Assembly (NCBI GenBank): GCA_010909165.1
Contig: MU008167.1
Coordinates: 1,488,001-1,552,000, forward strand
DNA: 64,000 nucleotides
Direction: 5' to 3'
From: Anthoceros angustus
Lineage: Eukaryota > Plantae > Anthocerotophyta
A program made the translations under genes and the position numbers. Numbering within the stretch: position 1 is the stretch's first letter; every line of letters starts with the position of its first letter. The notes under the pieces are model-generated. The model did no database searches. It saw nothing but the letters and a program-made list of their open reading frames with translations, and had not been told where the DNA came from. Positions 59,596-64,000 of the stretch are shown here, in pieces.

Positions 59596-62500
59596 ATGTC
59601 GGGTACATTTCCGCCCAGTCTTGTTTTCCCGCGGCTGGTGGCGGCTGGTGGGCAGTGCTTGAAGAGATGGCGGCTCTCAGCGGCGGCAGCTTCGACGGGA
59701 TCCAGGCTCGGTGAGTCCGCAGCCGCCTCTCCCCGGCGATGGCGGCTCTGCAGCGCAGCTCCCTGCAGCCTGCGTGCGGCGTGCGGGCCTTCGCAGAATC
59801 CGACCCCCTGAGGAAGGAGCAGGCCAGCAGGCGCACGCCCGGATCAACAAACTCCGCTCCCAGGCCGCTGCAGAACGCGCCAGACCTGGCCTGCTCAGCA
59901 CTGTGCTTCGCAGCCGAGGGCAGCCTGCCGGACGCCCTGCCCGCCCACTTCAACCCAATTCCGCCCAGAGACCGCCCAACATCCTGCTGCGCCGCGGGGT
60001 CTGTGGGCGCGGACCAGGCGCGGCCCCGGGGCCTGCTCCCGGGGCTCGTAATCTCGGTGCGGAGCCTGGGGGCCGCGCTCTTCTTCGGGGGCGTTGCGGG
60101 GTTCGCGAAAACGCTGCTGGCCACCCTGCCGCCGGACTTTCTTGCGAGGTGGAAGCAGCTGTTCGCGGAGCAGCCGGCGGAGGAGGCGCAGGAGGCCGCC
60201 GAGCCGCAGCACGGGACGGTGATTTTCGACCGGTATGGCGCGGTGTTGGCCACCGTGGTGGCGGGAGGGTACAGCGGGAAGCAGCGGGATGTGGCGAAGC
60301 CGGCTCGGCAGGCCCGCTCCGGCCTTGTGACGTCCGTCGGCGATGTGGCAGGCTGTGGTGGCGTCGGAGGATCGGCGGTTCTTTGAGCACCAGGGATTGA
60401 TCCTAGAGGGATTTTGAGGGCCGTGCTGTCGCTGGCGACGAGCGGGGGCGGGAGTACGATTACGCAACAGGTGATGGGTGGGGGTTTGGGGTGGGTTTGG
60501 GGCAATTTGAGGTGTTGTGTTAGTGCTGAGTTTGTGGTTGCGGTGCAGTTGGTGAAGAATGTGTTTCTCTCGAATGAGCGGAAGTGGTCTAGGAAGCTTG
60601 TGGAGATTCTGTTGGCTCTGCTGATCGAGAAGCAGATGTCGAAGTGGGACATTCTTCATCTGTATCTGAACAAGGTGGGTGTCGGTGTTAATGTTTTGTG
60701 GGCTAGACAATGGTTGTGGGTTTTTGTGGGTTCCAGCTTGACGTGAGGACGCTGATGTACTATGGTGGTTGGTCGTGGTGTGTAGATATACTGGGGGCAT
60801 GGAGTGTATGGGATACAGGCTGCCTCTGCGCTCTATTTTGGGAAACATCCATCTCTTCTGTCTTTGGGAGAATGTGCGATGCTTGCTGGGATTATACCTG
60901 CGCCTGAGCTTCTCTCTCCGTACCGTGACCCGAGCAGGTGGGGCTCTGATTCTAGTGGATGGAAATGATGCTTCTTTAACTTTGGTCGTGTTGCTGTCTA
61001 ATTTTGAAGACCATGTTTTGCAGAGGCAAGAAACCTCAAGCGAGAGCGCTGCGGCGAATGGTTGAGGCTGGGTTTTTGGATGCTGAAACAGCAGCTGCAG
61101 CCGTGAATGAACCGATTGAGCTTGGCACGGAAACAACTGATGATGGCACCTATGGACCCTGGAGAGCCCCCTATTTTGTCAGTGAGGTGTGCATTGTCCC
61201 AAAACTTGTTGCTCGTACTCAACTGTGTTGTAGTATGGATGATGATTTTGTGCCACATGAGTTGACTTTGGTCTGTGAAAACTTCTACAGGTTTTGTATG
61301 AGTTGACACAAAAATATGGCCGAGACAAGATCCTTCGAGGAGGGTTGCAGGTACTTTCATTTTCCATCTGCTTTCAGTGCTAGCTGTTGTATTCAAACCT
61401 TCCTTGATGGGAGGAGTGTCACGCTGCAGGTCCACACAACTTTAGATGCAACAATGCAGGACATTGCTGAAAGGGTGATTCGTGATGGTGCCACCGAGTA
61501 CGACGATGAGAGAGTGCTTCTAGCTGATCAAGGAGTGGAGAGGGTGTTTGGAAAGTTGGAGGTTCTTTGGAAGGAACGTGAAGAGAAGGTTGGGAAGGCT
61601 ATCAAGAATGTTATTAAAAGGTACACTGACATTTGCACACGGGTCCTTCAGGTTTGTGCTTTATGTGTATGAGTTTGCCTGTCTGACACCCTTGTGTGTG
61701 TTAGGTCGTTGATATCGTTACAAACCTGAGCGGAAATGGGTTGTAGGCAACTCTTGGAATGGTGGCTCTAATTGCTTGGAGTTTTTAATTCAAATTGTGT
61801 CTTGCAGGATGCAAGTGGACACTGCAGTGCTTATGAATGCCAGGTGACCCTGCTTCTCCATCATTACCGTTGTCATCTGCACTTTGGTGTCTTTGTATTG
61901 TTCTGCAACCTGAGAATGCATCGGTGGGATGCCTCAGGGAGACCTTGGAAATTGAGGAGTCGCCTGTGTTGCAAGCAATAAATGAAGCTGCCACATCAGC
62001 TGCTGGAGAATTTTCGAGAATGTGAGTTGCTTTTCAAGGAGCAAAGTAATGCTGTGCTCAAGGTATCATGTTATTCTAACTAACGTTGCCTTCCAATGTG
62101 CAGCGAAAATTTGTTGCTAGAGGCACTTGCTCGTTTTCAGGAAGAGTCGAAAGTAGCTTCTTATGCAAGGTAGGGTGCTTGGTTTGTACCAAGGACTGGT
62201 TGTGATACTGTAGTCATTTGGACAGGTTAAAGTTATTCGATTTTCACGTTAGAGCATGTTTGCTGGTCTGATTGCCTGGATCTGTTTGTAGTCATGTTGA
62301 AGCTTGTGAAATTCACTCAGATTGGAAGGTGCTATGGTTGCTATGGATCCTGAAGATGGTGCAGTGCGTGTACTAGTTGGTGGAAGAGATTACTATGAGA
62401 GCAACTTCAACCGAGCAACACAGGTACCAGTTGGGATAAGGTTATTACCTCTAAGTCCGTGTGTGTCTCTCATTGGTTAACTGAATCCTTGTGTGGGAAT

Positions 62501-64000
62501 TCCACTTACAGGCTCTCCGTCCGCCAGGGTCTACTTTCAAACCAGTTGTATACCTCACAGCCTTGGCAGAAGGCATGTAAGTAGATCTGCTGTTTTCAGG
62601 AATACTTGCTTCTCGCCCTACGTCTGGAATTTGAAAGTATTGTGGGTTGGTGAGGCAGTGAACGCGACCATGTCTTATTGGACGAACCCTATACCATTGG
62701 AGATTTTACGCCAGAGAATTATGACAGAAAGTTTAGGGGCCAGGTGAGACTGTATGATCTTCATCCAAGTCTTTATCTTCTAAAATCAAGGACTTGGAAT
62801 GCAGGCTGGTGATTGCTGAAGAGTTGCAGGTTTTGTGTCTGTGCAGGTTACACTTGAAGAGTCACTGCTGAAGTCGCTGAACGTGCCAACAGTGAAACTG
62901 TGTGCCGAGATTGGGGTTGACAAGGTATTGTAGGTCATCATCGAAAGCTCATAGCCTTCTGTGATTGTAAATGGCAAAGACATCTATCTGACATGTAGGT
63001 TGATCCAGGTATGCCGCATGGGCAGAGCTCTGGGCATTGAAACACCACTGCCATATGAGCTACCTCTCTCCCTTGGTGGGTGTGAGGTGAGCACAAGCTA
63101 AGGTCAATAGAGCTCAAAGCAATTGCACTGAGATCCATTGTATGTTTTATTAGCTACTACTTGGGAAGTAGAATGCCACGGGTGCTGAAGGTCTGAGAGT
63201 GGTTGGTGGCAGGTGACGCCATTACAGCTTGCAACAGTTTATTCGACTGTTGCTGCAGGAGGCATTCACCATAAACCGTATCTTATCACTCGTGTAGAGA
63301 CCAGTGATGGTCAGATTTTGGAAGAGGTGTGCAAGTTAGACCTTGGAGCTCAAATTGCTGTTGTGCTGTCCATAATGATTCCTTACATGTGGGCTGTTGT
63401 TTCTCCTCTGTCTCCAGCCACCGGCTATTGCAAATCGTCGTGCGGTTGTTGATGAGTATGCTGTTTCAGAACTCAGGAAGCTTTTGCAGGTAGCAGTGGC
63501 AGCATTTTGGACACCCAAGTAGTTTTCCTGGTTGTGCTCATGCACGTTTTTGATCAGTTGTTGGCCTCTCAAGGCTGTAGTTGAACGAGGAACCGGTCGA
63601 CGAGCAAGATTAGAACGTCCTTGTGCGGGTAAAACTGGCACATCTGATGGTCATCGAGATGTCTGGTTTGCAGGATTCACGCCAGAGTTATCTTGTGTGG
63701 TACGTGTTGGTCAGCCCACCCTTTTTAACTTCTTGATTCCACCTTGTGGTCTGCATTAGTTTGCAGCTGCTGAAATGCAAATACTCAGAGTACATCCATT
63801 CCTGCCAGGTTTGGTTTGGGTATGACGACAATGCACCAGTTGGTGGCATCCACCCAGGTGTGTTGACTCAACTCCCTTATAGCAAGGGCAGTTAGTTGTA
63901 CAGGCTGCTGATTGCTAACACTCTGTTTGAACTTGCAGGCACAGGGGCTTCGCACGCTGCTCCAATATGGCGGGAATTTATGCAAACTGTTCATGAGGTA
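59596..64000 (+). CDS. PBP: Class A penicillin-binding protein (transglycosylase + transpeptidase), predicted plastid-targeted; 3' end beyond window
   Basis: Transit-like N-terminus; [10 protein letters not shown] (60367), [32 protein letters not shown]; transpeptidase motifs STFK (62530), SLN (62874), KTG (63631); many short GT-AG introns. Three single-base homopolymer losses at about 60313, 60334 and 60393. Confidence 0.92.

Noticed and set aside
59564-61136. Overlapping GC-rich ORFs on both strands, and a PBP pseudogene call
   Set aside because: Stop-poor GC-rich exon; adding one base to each of three homopolymers restores [30 protein letters not shown].
59596-64000. Bacterial contamination or recent HGT of a PBP
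   Set aside because: The gene has many spliceosomal introns and a transit-like leader, and is contiguous with plant genes.

Overview
Eukaryotic nuclear DNA from a seed-free land plant. Evidence: short GT-AG introns, PLS-class PPR genes with DYW:WW- and DYW:KP-type C-termini, and an intron-containing plastid penicillin-binding protein. The compact introns suggest a hornwort-like genome, but a fern or lycophyte is not excluded (inference). No CRISPR or prokaryotic features. In order: (1) an NPF/PTR transporter cluster with a chimeric relic and two complete genes; (2) a predicted secreted protein in which a jacalin-like beta-prism appears split by about 16 K/E-rich repeats carrying GWKWLESKK; (3) an ~11 kb minus-strand array in which six tRNA-Arg(ACG)-derived copies (one intact) alternate with decayed PPR/DYW:KP modules and pieces of the lectin gene's 3' end; (4) a complete ABCB transporter convergent with a BTB gene, multiplied by an ~9.3 kb tandem duplication and older partial copies, including a candidate BED-zinc-finger/BTB chimeric gene; (5) a 1200-aa PLS-PPR protein with an N-terminal OSB-type PDF motif and a dead, truncated DYW:WW domain; (6) a class A PBP gene cut by the window end. 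Many frameshifts are single-base losses in homopolymers, including three in conserved PBP motifs, so the assembly probably contains indel errors and pseudogene calls based on such frameshifts alone are uncertain.
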